Under the pieces are notes generated by a model, which saw only the letters and a list, made by a program, of their open reading frames with translations, searched no databases and was not told the origin of the DNA. A stretch of DNA of 64,000 bases from a virus (Duplodnaviria > Caudoviricetes): the IMG/VR virus record IMGVR_UViG_3300027740_000003, positions 128,001-192,000 of that record; one strand, 5' to 3'. The position numbers and the translations under genes are program-made. Below are positions 35,594 through 44,730 of the stretch, in pieces; position 1 is the first letter of the stretch; each line of letters begins with the position of its first letter.

Positions 35594-36051
35594 TAAGAGC
35601 TCCCAATGTTTACATCGAATCCTTCAGAAAGATCATTTACATCCTCTACTTCTTCTTTCTTTGTTTTCTTTTCATATCGGCAAAGGTCATTAGTATCAGC
35701 ATTATAAGAATATCTTTTCCCATCCTTGATATAAGCAACATCGTCTTCGTCTGTTCCAATATTAACTTCGTCAGCTCCAGAGAAATCCATGTTCCTAAGA
35801 ATTTCATGGGCTTTCTTCATCTCTGCTCTGGTTAATGCTTCCCCTTCCTTATGCTCTTCAATAAAAGTTTGAAGTTTGTCTAATTGGCTCTGAGCATCTT
35901 TAAGCGATGTGGATAAAGAAGAATACTGTTTCTTGAGTTTATCAAGAAATTTCTCCACAGACTTTCTATTGTTTTTTCCCTTGAGCTTTTCAGTCTTTTC
36001 TGTTTTTGCAGCAAGCTTCTCTAAAAATCTTCTTCTAACCAATTTATTCAT
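35593..36051 (-). CDS. charged coiled-coil hypothetical protein
   Basis: N-terminal RRFLEKLAAK. Confidence 0.7.
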   Translation of the reverse strand: MNKLVRRRFLEKLAAKTEKTEKLKGKNNRKSVEKFLDKLKKQYSSLSTSLKDAQSQLDKLQTFIEEHKEGEALTRAEMKKAHEILRNMDFSGADEVNIGTDEDDVAYIKDGKRYSYNADTNDLCRYEKKTKKEEVEDVNDLSEGFDVNIGSS

Positions 36052-36084
36052 CGATGCATCCTTTGGATAAGATATTCCAATATT

Positions 36085-36537
36085 ATGTCAGAATATAACC
36101 TGCCTGATTATGGCACAAACATACATGAATATATAAGAGATAAAATCCAAACTGCTATGCAAAAAATCATCGGCGAACCAATGAACAACCAGGCCTTGTC
36201 AGTATTAGAATATAATTGCAAAGAAATAATCAAAAGTTTACCTTTTACAGTTATTGATAGTGAGATAATAGTTAAACAAGACGAATTCGATACGACCAAA
36301 ATAAACTTTACATTTCCATTTATTTCAGAAATACTTGGATATATTTTATTTGATCCGAAAAATGACAATCATTATTGGGATTATTTGTCTGATACTAATG
36401 TTTATTTAAATTCAGGACATTATACTTCTTTCAAATGCAGAAAATGTGGATTAGAAATGATTATAAATAACGGATGGAAGCTTGCCAAACAGAATCTGAC
36501 TTGCGAAGAAATGGTAATAAAAGATATAATTGAATGA
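36085..36537 (+). CDS. fusion of tail-sheath-C-terminus-like segment, zinc finger and IKDIIE tag
   Basis: IIVKQDEFDTTKINFTF; NHYW..FKCRKCG..LTCEEMVIKDIIE. Confidence 0.75.
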   Translation: MSEYNLPDYGTNIHEYIRDKIQTAMQKIIGEPMNNQALSVLEYNCKEIIKSLPFTVIDSEIIVKQDEFDTTKINFTFPFISEILGYILFDPKNDNHYWDYLSDTNVYLNSGHYTSFKCRKCGLEMIINNGWKLAKQNLTCEEMVIKDIIE

Positions 36538-37157
36538 CCGCAACATCTTTAAGCAAACTACGAAGCCTTCCTTATCACGAAAGGATAAAATTTATCTTCC
36601 TTCAAAATAATTGGTTTGAAGAAACTTTGTATTTATTAAAAGATTATCCAAATTGGGACCACGATGAACTAGAAAAGAAATTGGCTATCGAAATAACATC
36701 ACATGAATGTGTTAATTTATTTAATGTTTGTGCTTTGTTAAAACACAGGGGTATAAATTTTGACAGAATGTTTTCTTACATTCTACAACACATTCCTATA
36801 TATCATCTTTCAGATTCTCTCTACGAACCCACCGTTATAATAGAGTGTATTGTTAAATCTGAGAAAATAAATTCTCTAAATGCATTTATTCGCTTTCTTT
36901 CTGAAAAAGAAAATGATGAAAGTTATTTTAATAATTTATTTTGTTATAATTCTATAGTAAATAACATCGATCATTTAATACATCAAAATAAAGAAAAATT
37001 TATTGATTTTAATACTATTATAGATGTGTGTTTGAAAAATTTAAATAAAGACCGCCGTGCCGCACACATTTTGTCCACATTATTAAAATTGCTGAAAAAC
37101 AAAGATTTAATTCAGAAAATAAAAGATAATTTGTTGATTTATGATATTATGACGTAA
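36534..37157 (+). CDS. helical protein with divergent tag (DNLLIYDIMT)
   Basis: 207-aa ORF, ATGA coupled. Confidence 0.7.
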   Translation: MTATSLSKLRSLPYHERIKFIFLQNNWFEETLYLLKDYPNWDHDELEKKLAIEITSHECVNLFNVCALLKHRGINFDRMFSYILQHIPIYHLSDSLYEPTVIIECIVKSEKINSLNAFIRFLSEKENDESYFNNLFCYNSIVNNIDHLIHQNKEKFIDFNTIIDVCLKNLNKDRRAAHILSTLLKLLKNKDLIQKIKDNLLIYDIMT

Positions 37158-37338
37158 TCTTTTCCAAAGAGGAGAGATAATATCTTAGTACATACGGTTT
37201 GCCACGTTCTGGAACAAAACATACATAGGAATCCAAGTCTCCATTCTCATCTTCCCATATTTTTACCACAATACCTGTTTCTAGATTGCCATTGCAATCA
37301 TAAAAAACCCAATCGCCAACCTTAATATCTTTTTCCAT
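37147..37338 (-). CDS. small KOW/SH3-like protein
   Basis: IKVGDWV..GIVVKI..LEKI. Confidence 0.6.
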   Translation of the reverse strand: MEKDIKVGDWVFYDCNGNLETGIVVKIWEDENGDLDSYVCFVPERGKPYVLRYYLSSLEKITS

Positions 37339-37726
37339 TATTTTCCCTGGTATACAAAATTGTTTCTGCAACGTGAAATCCTGCATTAAGCTCTTCTTTA
37401 TGTTTATTTAAATCCGATGCTGTTTCGGGTCCAATTACTTTAAATGCTATAACTTTATCTAAGACATCTTCTGGTAATTGGGCTAATACCTCTGCTACAC
37501 TAGGTTTAAAAAAACCATAATAAGCATATGTATGCAAAGTCGGTAGTGATGCGAATTCTTTTAACCCTTTTGCTTTACAATCTTTTTCAGCCCATGAAAA
37601 AGACTCATTTCTAAGATCACAGGATTTGTAATAAAACAATTCGCCATTTTCTTCTTTTGCCGGCCTGATTCTTTTGCTTAGCTCTTCAAGTTTTTCGTCA
37701 GATATCTTTGGGATCTTTATTTCCAT
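37322..37726 (-). CDS. conserved phage hypothetical protein
   Basis: TLHTYAYYGFFKPSVAEVLAQ.P. Confidence 0.75.
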   Translation of the reverse strand: MEIKIPKISDEKLEELSKRIRPAKEENGELFYYKSCDLRNESFSWAEKDCKAKGLKEFASLPTLHTYAYYGFFKPSVAEVLAQLPEDVLDKVIAFKVIGPETASDLNKHKEELNAGFHVAETILYTRENNGKRY

Positions 37727-38006
37727 TTTCGCTCCTATTATTAAACGGATTACACAAGTCAGCTATCTCGCCTAAAGCATAATATACATCAAATATATAA
37801 TCAGAAAGATCTAATAATTTACTGGCTAGCATTTTTCTTCCAGCCATTCTGTCTTTATTTGAATCAGACAATACTTTATCATGCAACTGAAACATGAATT
37901 CACACAGAGTCTCGTAATTCAGGTTCCCGAAGTTTTCTGCCCAAGCTTTCATATCTAATACATTTGAAGGAATTTTGGGACTTTTGGGGTGTTTTTCTGC
38001 CGACAT
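37698..38006 (-). CDS. hypothetical protein
   Basis: start uncertain; overlaps upstream ORF. Confidence 0.55.
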   Translation of the reverse strand: MSAEKHPKSPKIPSNVLDMKAWAENFGNLNYETLCEFMFQLHDKVLSDSNKDRMAGRKMLASKLLDLSDYIFDVYYALGEIADLCNPFNNRSENGNKDPKDI

Positions 38007-38370
38007 CTTTTACTCTCTGGTTAACAAATGCTACAATTGTTTTACACCTAGTCATTGAAAATTGTTTTATATCAAAATCTATTTTGTTTACTTTAATCTT
38101 CCTACACAAATCATCAAATATTTTCTTTCTTGTTTTTTCAGGAAGCAAATTATTTCTCCATAAACCTTCCATAGCCACTTCAGCTTTAACTCTTAATATA
38201 TGGCTTTTCTCATCCTCTTTAACAGGATTGCCTAAATTGTCAGCGTCTATCTTGCCTAGACAGCCATCAAATAACCATTTAGAACAAGAGTAGAATACTC
38301 CAATCCGGCCCTTCTGAAGAACCATATTAGAACTGCATTTAGGACAGGTTAGGTTTTTGTAGACTCTCAT
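37900..38370 (-). CDS. topoisomerase-type zinc ribbon / DUF3268-like protein
   Basis: CPKCSSNMVLQKGRIGVFYSCSKW...C. Confidence 0.7.
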   Translation of the reverse strand: MRVYKNLTCPKCSSNMVLQKGRIGVFYSCSKWLFDGCLGKIDADNLGNPVKEDEKSHILRVKAEVAMEGLWRNNLLPEKTRKKIFDDLCRKIKVNKIDFDIKQFSMTRCKTIVAFVNQRVKDVGRKTPQKSQNSFKCIRYESLGRKLREPELRDSV

Positions 38371-39599
38371 ACAACATCTTTCACAAAAAATTCATGCAAC
38401 TCGTGGTATACATATTTTATTAAACCTTTTTCTGGCCACAAAATTTCTAAATCACTTAATCTTTCTCCACCATTTCCACGTTCCTCTTTTATTGCTTTTT
38501 TCAATAAACCAACGTTTCCATTTTTATCACAAATTTTCATGTCCATAACCAATCTCTCCATTGGATAATTTAATAATGGAATAGAGGCATCCCTAACTGC
38601 CCAACCAAAACCAGGTTTTACTGCACCAGATATTTCCTTTGAACCAACGATTCCTCCAATGAATTCCATAGGATACTGTTTATCATAATAATTCCATATA
38701 AATGGAACTGTAGATATTCCTTTGGGGAATTCGTTAATTGTTAAACCTCCGCCGAAAGACTTAACATTATCAAAACATACATATTTATTTTGATAATATT
38801 CGTTATTTGTATCTATCAAATATGGGTAAAATTTAATAACATGACCATTGATAAATGGGCCTCCGCTCCCGCCACCTTCTGAATAAAAATTCATCCAAAA
38901 GTCTGTATCAACATTGCCTTTGGCACTGTCAACAATCTTCTCTAAAACCGGATCTAGTTTTATAGTCCACCAATCAAGATTATATTGTGCCAATTGTTTT
39001 GTTTTATCTCTAATTAGTTCCCAGTCTTCTACTGTTCCTTCCAGCGTGATAGAAGGAATTCCACAGAGGGTAGTACAAGAATAATTAAAATATTTGCTCA
39101 TTGCGTCCATAAAAACAATTTCACTACTTACTCTTTCTAATATTCCAGTTGTGCTGAAATTTCCCACTATTAAATCTTTTTGTGGACCAATTTCTTTGCC
39201 TATTTTTTCTGAGAATTCATCGAAACAACCTTCCCAATGATTATTGCCACCTTTTACAAAACTGTCTCTTCTTACATCTATTGTTTTCTTTCCATCGAAA
39301 TTAACAAATTTGCTTCGTAATTTTTCTGCATTTTCAGTAATATGAGCAGCCATCCCACGTTCTATTGTTAGCCAAATAGAATCAGGATCAAGAATTAAAT
39401 GACGATGCTCTGCAAATGAAAGCTGAACAACAGATACCAAACCTGATCCAGTTCCGGAAACAAATTCTCCTTCTGAGCATTGTTCTAAATCACCCCCAAC
39501 CAATTGTTTTATTTGTATGTTAGTTTTTGATTTTCGGGAAGGATCGGTGTTGGTAGAAAAATTCTTTTTAGTTAGTGCTACGTCAAATGTTGCTGTCAT
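38367..39599 (-). CDS. DUF4419 family protein
   Basis: HRHLIL.PD.IWL.I, NFSTT, CGIPSITLEGT.EDW. Confidence 0.85.
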   Translation of the reverse strand: MTATFDVALTKKNFSTNTDPSRKSKTNIQIKQLVGGDLEQCSEGEFVSGTGSGLVSVVQLSFAEHRHLILDPDSIWLTIERGMAAHITENAEKLRSKFVNFDGKKTIDVRRDSFVKGGNNHWEGCFDEFSEKIGKEIGPQKDLIVGNFSTTGILERVSSEIVFMDAMSKYFNYSCTTLCGIPSITLEGTVEDWELIRDKTKQLAQYNLDWWTIKLDPVLEKIVDSAKGNVDTDFWMNFYSEGGGSGGPFINGHVIKFYPYLIDTNNEYYQNKYVCFDNVKSFGGGLTINEFPKGISTVPFIWNYYDKQYPMEFIGGIVGSKEISGAVKPGFGWAVRDASIPLLNYPMERLVMDMKICDKNGNVGLLKKAIKEERGNGGERLSDLEILWPEKGLIKYVYHELHEFFVKDVV

Positions 39600-39643
39600 T
39601 GTATTATATCCCTAATAGTTAGTTAATTTTTTCTTGATTGGAA

Positions 39644-39832
39644 TCAACCATTTTTATACCCATCCTTCGCCCAACCACTTCCTTTTAAATGAAATGGTGG
39701 GGCTCCTGATATTAATCTTTTAGCAGATTCTTTTCCACATTTTGGGCATATTTTAATGACAGGATCTGTAATCTTTTGATCTTCTTTCCATTCGTGTTTG
39801 CAATATTCACAGATGTAATCGTATTCTATCAT
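39644..39832 (-). CDS. FmdB family zinc ribbon protein
   Basis: YDY.C..C.H.W....KITD....CPKCG....KRLIS..F.LKGSGW. Confidence 0.9.
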   Translation of the reverse strand: MIEYDYICEYCKHEWKEDQKITDPVIKICPKCGKESAKRLISGAPPFHLKGSGWAKDGYKNG

Positions 39833-40752
39833 TTGAAAAACTCCATAGCATCAGCATATTTGAATCCACATCTAGAAGCAAAGGTTTTATCAGACGTCAT
39901 GTCTCCAACCATAATGCATTCTTTAGGATTTAGTTTATATTTCTCTACAAACTCTATCCCTATTCCAGGCATAGGTTTCCTCTTCCATGATATAATCGGA
40001 GGAACTTTAGATGTATCAAATTGATACTCTATATCTAACCCAATCAATTTATTAGTATGTTCAAAACAAGCAGTGGCAGCTTCTATTGTTAAATCTCCTT
40101 TTGCTACACCGCTTTGATTAGATGCTCCTAATAATTTGTATCCTTTTTCCAGGTATGATTTTAAAACCTCTGTTCTTCTTGGCAATAATTTTATTTGATC
40201 TGTGCTTGTTGGGAACATACCGTTTCCATTAACAATTTCTCTTAATGTTCCGTCATAGTCCAATATTAATGCTTTATTAACATATTCTGATTCCCATTTC
40301 CTAGTAAAGTTATTCTTAATTATTTCTGAAAATCCCTCGTTTATATTTGGTTTTTCAAATTCTTTGTTGGCTTTGAATAATACTGCCGGTGGAAATGTGT
40401 TTGGATCTTTTTCCTTTTTTAACTCTTCGGGAGTTAATACTTTGCCAAATTTAGAACACATTCTCCTACATGCATTAACTTGACAATCTTCTATACTGGT
40501 AGTTTGCCAGATACATTTAATTTCAACATTATATTTCTCAGCCAGATCAATAAAAGGTTTTCTATCTGAAACTTTAGTAAACAAATTATCTATAATAACA
40601 TCTTTTGATGAAGATATTAGAACTTCTAGTTTAGGCAGAAGATCAACAACTTTTCCGCCTACAAGATCTCTGTTAAGTCTTTCGTAGGTTGGATATTGGT
40701 TAGTTATTGTTGTTTTTCCTGAAGCTGGCAAACCACAAACAAGTAAAATCAT
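39829..40752 (-). CDS. polynucleotide kinase / HAD-IIIA 3'-phosphatase fusion
   Basis: GLPASGKTT, LILDYDGTL, SNQSG, RKP.PG, MVGD..SD. Confidence 0.85.
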   Translation of the reverse strand: MILLVCGLPASGKTTITNQYPTYERLNRDLVGGKVVDLLPKLEVLISSSKDVIIDNLFTKVSDRKPFIDLAEKYNVEIKCIWQTTSIEDCQVNACRRMCSKFGKVLTPEELKKEKDPNTFPPAVLFKANKEFEKPNINEGFSEIIKNNFTRKWESEYVNKALILDYDGTLREIVNGNGMFPTSTDQIKLLPRRTEVLKSYLEKGYKLLGASNQSGVAKGDLTIEAATACFEHTNKLIGLDIEYQFDTSKVPPIISWKRKPMPGIGIEFVEKYKLNPKECIMVGDMTSDKTFASRCGFKYADAMEFFK

Positions 40753-41039
40753 AGTATTAAATCCTTAATCATTACTTCATCACAACTTAGTAGATCGGTT
40801 GGTAAAATTGACTTTTTATCAAATATTAGCGAAGTTCCTGTCATAAAACATTTTTTGCATTTCCAGGACGCTTTATCGTAGCTATATTTTCCTCCAAAAT
40901 ATCTTTCCCATTCATGATCTAATATTTTAAATGGTTTTAACATTTTATTCCCATAACAATCACCAAATGTATAAGCTATTATTTCAGGATAAACAGCGCT
41001 TCGATAAATATATCTTTTTATTTTAACAATATTAACCAA
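40749..41039 (-). CDS. H-CxxC-C zinc-finger protein with IKDLIL tag
   Basis: DHEW..WKCKKC..LSCDEVMIKDLIL. Confidence 0.8.
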   Translation of the reverse strand: MVNIVKIKRYIYRSAVYPEIIAYTFGDCYGNKMLKPFKILDHEWERYFGGKYSYDKASWKCKKCFMTGTSLIFDKKSILPTDLLSCDEVMIKDLIL

Positions 41040-41103
41040 TTTATATCCGGTTCTTTTTAGACCAAAATTAGTAATATATGAAAACTTCTTCTTCCTAACT
41101 GTT

Positions 41104-41412
41104 TTACCAGGTTTGATTAAATGAATTTGATTGTTCCATTTTTTTTATATTTTCTGGCAATAAATTCCATTCATATTTTTCATTATCAGTTAATTCTGAT
41201 TCTTTTATATGTTCTTTAAAATTGGTTAAAATCCTGTCATAAATTCCATCAATTTTATATTCTATAATTCTTTGGGCAAATTTTACTTTACTTAGGATAT
41301 AAATTAAATCATTGTAAAACTGATCAATTGTAGAGAATTCATCATTATACACGGGCAAATATTCTGGATCCACATATTCGTACTTATCATCAAAATAAAA
41401 AGATGAACTCAT
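41104..41412 (-). CDS. hypothetical protein
   Basis: 102-aa ORF, ATGA coupled. Confidence 0.65.
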   Translation of the reverse strand: MSSSFYFDDKYEYVDPEYLPVYNDEFSTIDQFYNDLIYILSKVKFAQRIIEYKIDGIYDRILTNFKEHIKESELTDNEKYEWNLLPENIKKMEQSNSFNQTW

Positions 41413-41750
41413 TGGATAATATCCTTAATCATTACTTCATCAGCGGTCAATAATAACAACTCCGTTGATCCTTTAGAATTACCCCTGTATTTTGTTTTTA
41501 AATTTTTCTTATCTACATTTATATACATTACCGGGCTGTTCTCTGACATTTTTTGAGCTTCTAAACCGGTTTTGTTGCATCTAAATGTTCTGGGCCATGT
41601 CAATTGTTTTTGAGATCCGTCTTCTTCAAACTCTATCATTGTAATATCGAACCAGTCAAATGTTTTTGCACACTCTATAGCTTTTTCATAATCTTTATTT
41701 CTAATTGTTGGTTCAAATTTTTGTGATTTTGTTATTTGGAAAAATGCCAT
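41409..41750 (-). CDS. hypothetical protein with IKDIIQ tag
   Basis: ends LTADEVMIKDIIQ. Confidence 0.8.
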   Translation of the reverse strand: MAFFQITKSQKFEPTIRNKDYEKAIECAKTFDWFDITMIEFEEDGSQKQLTWPRTFRCNKTGLEAQKMSENSPVMYINVDKKNLKTKYRGNSKGSTELLLLTADEVMIKDIIQ

Positions 41751-42033
41751 ATCTAATCCTTTTTAAAAAATTGACGCAAATGATACTTCGTATCATTTGA
41801 TTATATATTGCATTTGATCCTTAGGATCTACTATTTGTATAGATCATAGTAGAGGATCAATAAGGACTACTTTGCAATAGTCGTGCCAACATTTGGACGG
41901 CGAATATAAATTTCTAGGCCTAAAATTTTAATAAATGAATAATTCCCCATAATTTTTGTAAATTGGTTTCTTCTGAAGCAGAATAACCAATCTGTTGTGG
42001 GAAGCCAATTAAACCAAACGTTTCCTAGTTTTC

Positions 42034-42786
42034 TCATTTTTCATCTTGCTCCAAAGCTTTTTCAATTATTAAACTGTCCTCCGAGAAAATTGGAGTTTCC
42101 GAGCTGGCATAGATTTTACTTCTTATAGATCCAGAATCAGATGTTTCTTTTGCCCTACATAAACATATTCCAAGTTTTTCCCAATCTGATAATTTGTCCC
42201 AATCTATTCCTTTGTTTTTTAACATTAATTTCATCTCTTTACATGTTTTGTTCATTAGCTGCTTATGAGAGAAATTTGCTTGTGCTAGACTTGATACGCT
42301 ATTTCTTATCGTGTCAAGTTGCCTCCAATAATAATAATTCACCACATCTTCTCTTGGAACTACGAAGGCCCGGCAATCAAAGAGAGCGGGGTTCTTGGGA
42401 ACGCTTTTCCCACTGGCGAGGATGAATTCTAAAACAGCTTTGTTGAAGGCTGCTGTAGCGATACTGGCAGAGACTGAAACGACCTTAGACAGCTTACTGC
42501 CAAACCAGGGCTGGGTATTGAATTTCCGGTATGGATTTATTAAAATAGAGATCTCGTCAGATTGAGTATAAGCAAACTCAGCTCCGGATATTTGTTTAAT
42601 GAGAGCCGATGAGGTTTCAATCATTCCGTGTCGGATCGCAGGATCCCATGGTTTATCAAACTTTTTGGTATACGAAGAAAAATGGCAACCATCAACACGA
42701 ATAATAATTGGAGACCGGGGAACTAAAAATATTTCACTAGACAATTCATATTGTTTCATCCTTTTTCCCAAATTATTAAATTTCAT
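42034..42786 (-). CDS. thg1: tRNA(His) guanylyltransferase Thg1-like protein
   Basis: LG.RMK.YE, IIRVDG..F, AYTQSDEISI, FDCR, NY..WRQ.D..RNS. Confidence 0.92.
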   Translation of the reverse strand: MKFNNLGKRMKQYELSSEIFLVPRSPIIIRVDGCHFSSYTKKFDKPWDPAIRHGMIETSSALIKQISGAEFAYTQSDEISILINPYRKFNTQPWFGSKLSKVVSVSASIATAAFNKAVLEFILASGKSVPKNPALFDCRAFVVPREDVVNYYYWRQLDTIRNSVSSLAQANFSHKQLMNKTCKEMKLMLKNKGIDWDKLSDWEKLGICLCRAKETSDSGSIRSKIYASSETPIFSEDSLIIEKALEQDEK

Positions 42787-42790
42787 ATAT

Positions 42791-43588
42791 TTAATTTATT
42801 TTTTTGTGGAAGGCTCTGTTGCAGATATAGCATTTGTATGCCTGTCTTGTTGCAACTTTATTATTGTAAGTTTTACCATTTTTAAAAGTTTTATTTAAAC
42901 AAAATTTGCACGGAACATTTTCTTTATCATTTAATAATTGATAATTTTTTCTCCAAATATCTGATTTTCTATCCATAAAATCAAATACAGGATCTATTAA
43001 ATCAACAAATTTTTTAACATTTTTTTTATTAGTAATATACAATATCGGTTGAAACTTGTTTTTACGATCTGTATACCCTAAAGATGTTTTTATATCAAAT
43101 TTTGACAGTTCTTTTTGCAGAATTTTTATATCATTTTCTGAAAATGAATGCGTAGATAGTTTTATTGAATAACGTCCTTTTTTGATAACAATTGATCCGT
43201 CATCTGCAAACCAAGTTGCTATTATTTCTGCATTTAAACACAAATCTTCAGGAATTGTCTTTTTGCCATTTTTATACCATTTTTTATGTAATGATGTAAA
43301 AAATCTATTACATTTTGTTCTTAACCTGATGTTATAATAAATTTTATTAGTTCTTTTGTCGAAAATAGCCCCTTCTGATACGGACTTTTCTGTAAGAAAA
43401 TTTATTAATTTATTTTTGCTAAAAAGAAGGTAATTTTTATCTTTTATTGCTCGGGTTAATTTTAAACAAGCATTTTTGCCAAATTTGTGTAGTTCAAGAT
43501 GTCCGTCTCCTAAAATTAACCCCAAAACATGATTCATTATATTCATAATTAAATGAAAAATTATTACCAGACATGTAATTATTTTCAT
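42791..43588 (-). mobile_element. free-standing LAGLIDADG homing endonuclease with C-terminal zinc ribbon
   Basis: LGLILGDGHL and WFADDGS helices; CKFC..KNG..YKC.IC.R.F. Confidence 0.85.
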
Positions 43589-43604
43589 TGTGATGAAAAA
43601 TAGT

Positions 43605-43688
43605 TATAATTGGCATACGTGGAGTAAGACAAAATTGATAAGTTCCTTCGTAAGATTTCATCCTATTGCCAAGATCACTGTTTTCCAT
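43605..43688 (-). pseudogene. orphan 5' fragment of a second Thg1 gene
   Basis: MENSDLGNRMKSYEGTYQFCLTPRMPII matches Thg1 N-terminus, then runs into endonuclease sequence. Confidence 0.75.
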
Positions 43689-43978
43689 TATTCTATTATA
43701 TCCTTTATCATTAGTTCATCTTTGGTTATCAACACAGAGTTTTCTTTTATTTTATCTAAAACTTCGGGAAATTTATTATTGGACACACTAGCTATTATTT
43801 TGCTTGAACTGGTTGTTATTTTTCGTTTTGTTCTCTTGTTTTTTGGATATAAAATTTTAATTATATCATTTTTAACAAAAATAAACCCCCATATACAATC
43901 TTTGTATTGCAAATTACCAATTGTAAATGACCGTTTGGCTAAATAAAATTCTTCTCTCTCAATTTTGACAATATTCAT
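43688..43978 (-). CDS. hypothetical protein with IKDIIE tag
   Basis: ends ITKDELMIKDIIE; start at ATGA overlap. Confidence 0.8.
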   Translation of the reverse strand: MNIVKIEREEFYLAKRSFTIGNLQYKDCIWGFIFVKNDIIKILYPKNKRTKRKITTSSSKIIASVSNNKFPEVLDKIKENSVLITKDELMIKDIIE

Positions 43979-44730
43979 TCTATTATATCTTTTATCATTA
44001 AATTGTCTATTATTTCTTCGGCAAATTCTTTCCAATCTGGACATAATAATATTATGTTTATATTATATCCAGATTGTTCTATTGCAGTTTTTTGAACTTC
44101 TTTAGGAGGGTTCTTTATAAATTGAATAGAATATGCATCTTGTTTAACTGCTTCTAATTTTATTTCTTTAGAAGGATTTTTTATAAATTGAATAGAATAT
44201 GCATTTTGTTTAATCGCTACTAATTGTACTTCTTTAGAAGGATTCTTTATAAATTGAATAGAATATGCATTTTCTTTAACAGCTGCTAGTTTTATTTCTT
44301 TAGAAGGGTTATTTATATATTGAATAGAATTTCCATTTTGTTTAACTGCTTCTAATTGTACTTCTTTAGAAGGGTTCTTTATAAACCTAATACGAAATCC
44401 GTCTTGTTTAACAGTCTCTAATTTTGTATTTTTTGTGGGTTTATTTATAAATTGAATATAACTTCCGTCTCTTTTAACCACTACCAGTTGTACTTTTTCT
44501 GTAGGATTTTCTATATACTTAATTGAAATTGGGTCTAGTTTAACAGCTTTTAATTGTATTTCTTCTGAAGGATTTTTTATATACCTAATTGAATATGAAT
44601 CTTGGTTAATAGTTTCTAACTGTACTTCCCTAGAAGGATTTTTTATATATTTAATGTAATCACTGTCAAAATCAATAAGTTTTCCTAAATGAGATGATAA
44701 TAAATCCTCAACTTTTTTAGCATGCGACAT
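43975..44730 (-). CDS. DUF4116-like 22-aa repeat protein with IKDIIE tag (intact)
   Basis: ~9 repeats SKEVQLEAVKQ..SIQ[FY]IKNP; ends CPDWKEFAEEIIDNLMIKDIIE. Confidence 0.9.
   Translation of the reverse strand: MSHAKKVEDLLSSHLGKLIDFDSDYIKYIKNPSREVQLETINQDSYSIRYIKNPSEEIQLKAVKLDPISIKYIENPTEKVQLVVVKRDGSYIQFINKPTKNTKLETVKQDGFRIRFIKNPSKEVQLEAVKQNGNSIQYINNPSKEIKLAAVKENAYSIQFIKNPSKEVQLVAIKQNAYSIQFIKNPSKEIKLEAVKQDAYSIQFIKNPPKEVQKTAIEQSGYNINIILLCPDWKEFAEEIIDNLMIKDIIE

Noticed and set aside
42791-43605. Intein in Thg1
   Set aside because: The endonuclease is in a different frame from the upstream Thg1 fragment, has its own stop, and lacks N-terminal Cys/Ser and C-terminal HN splice motifs.
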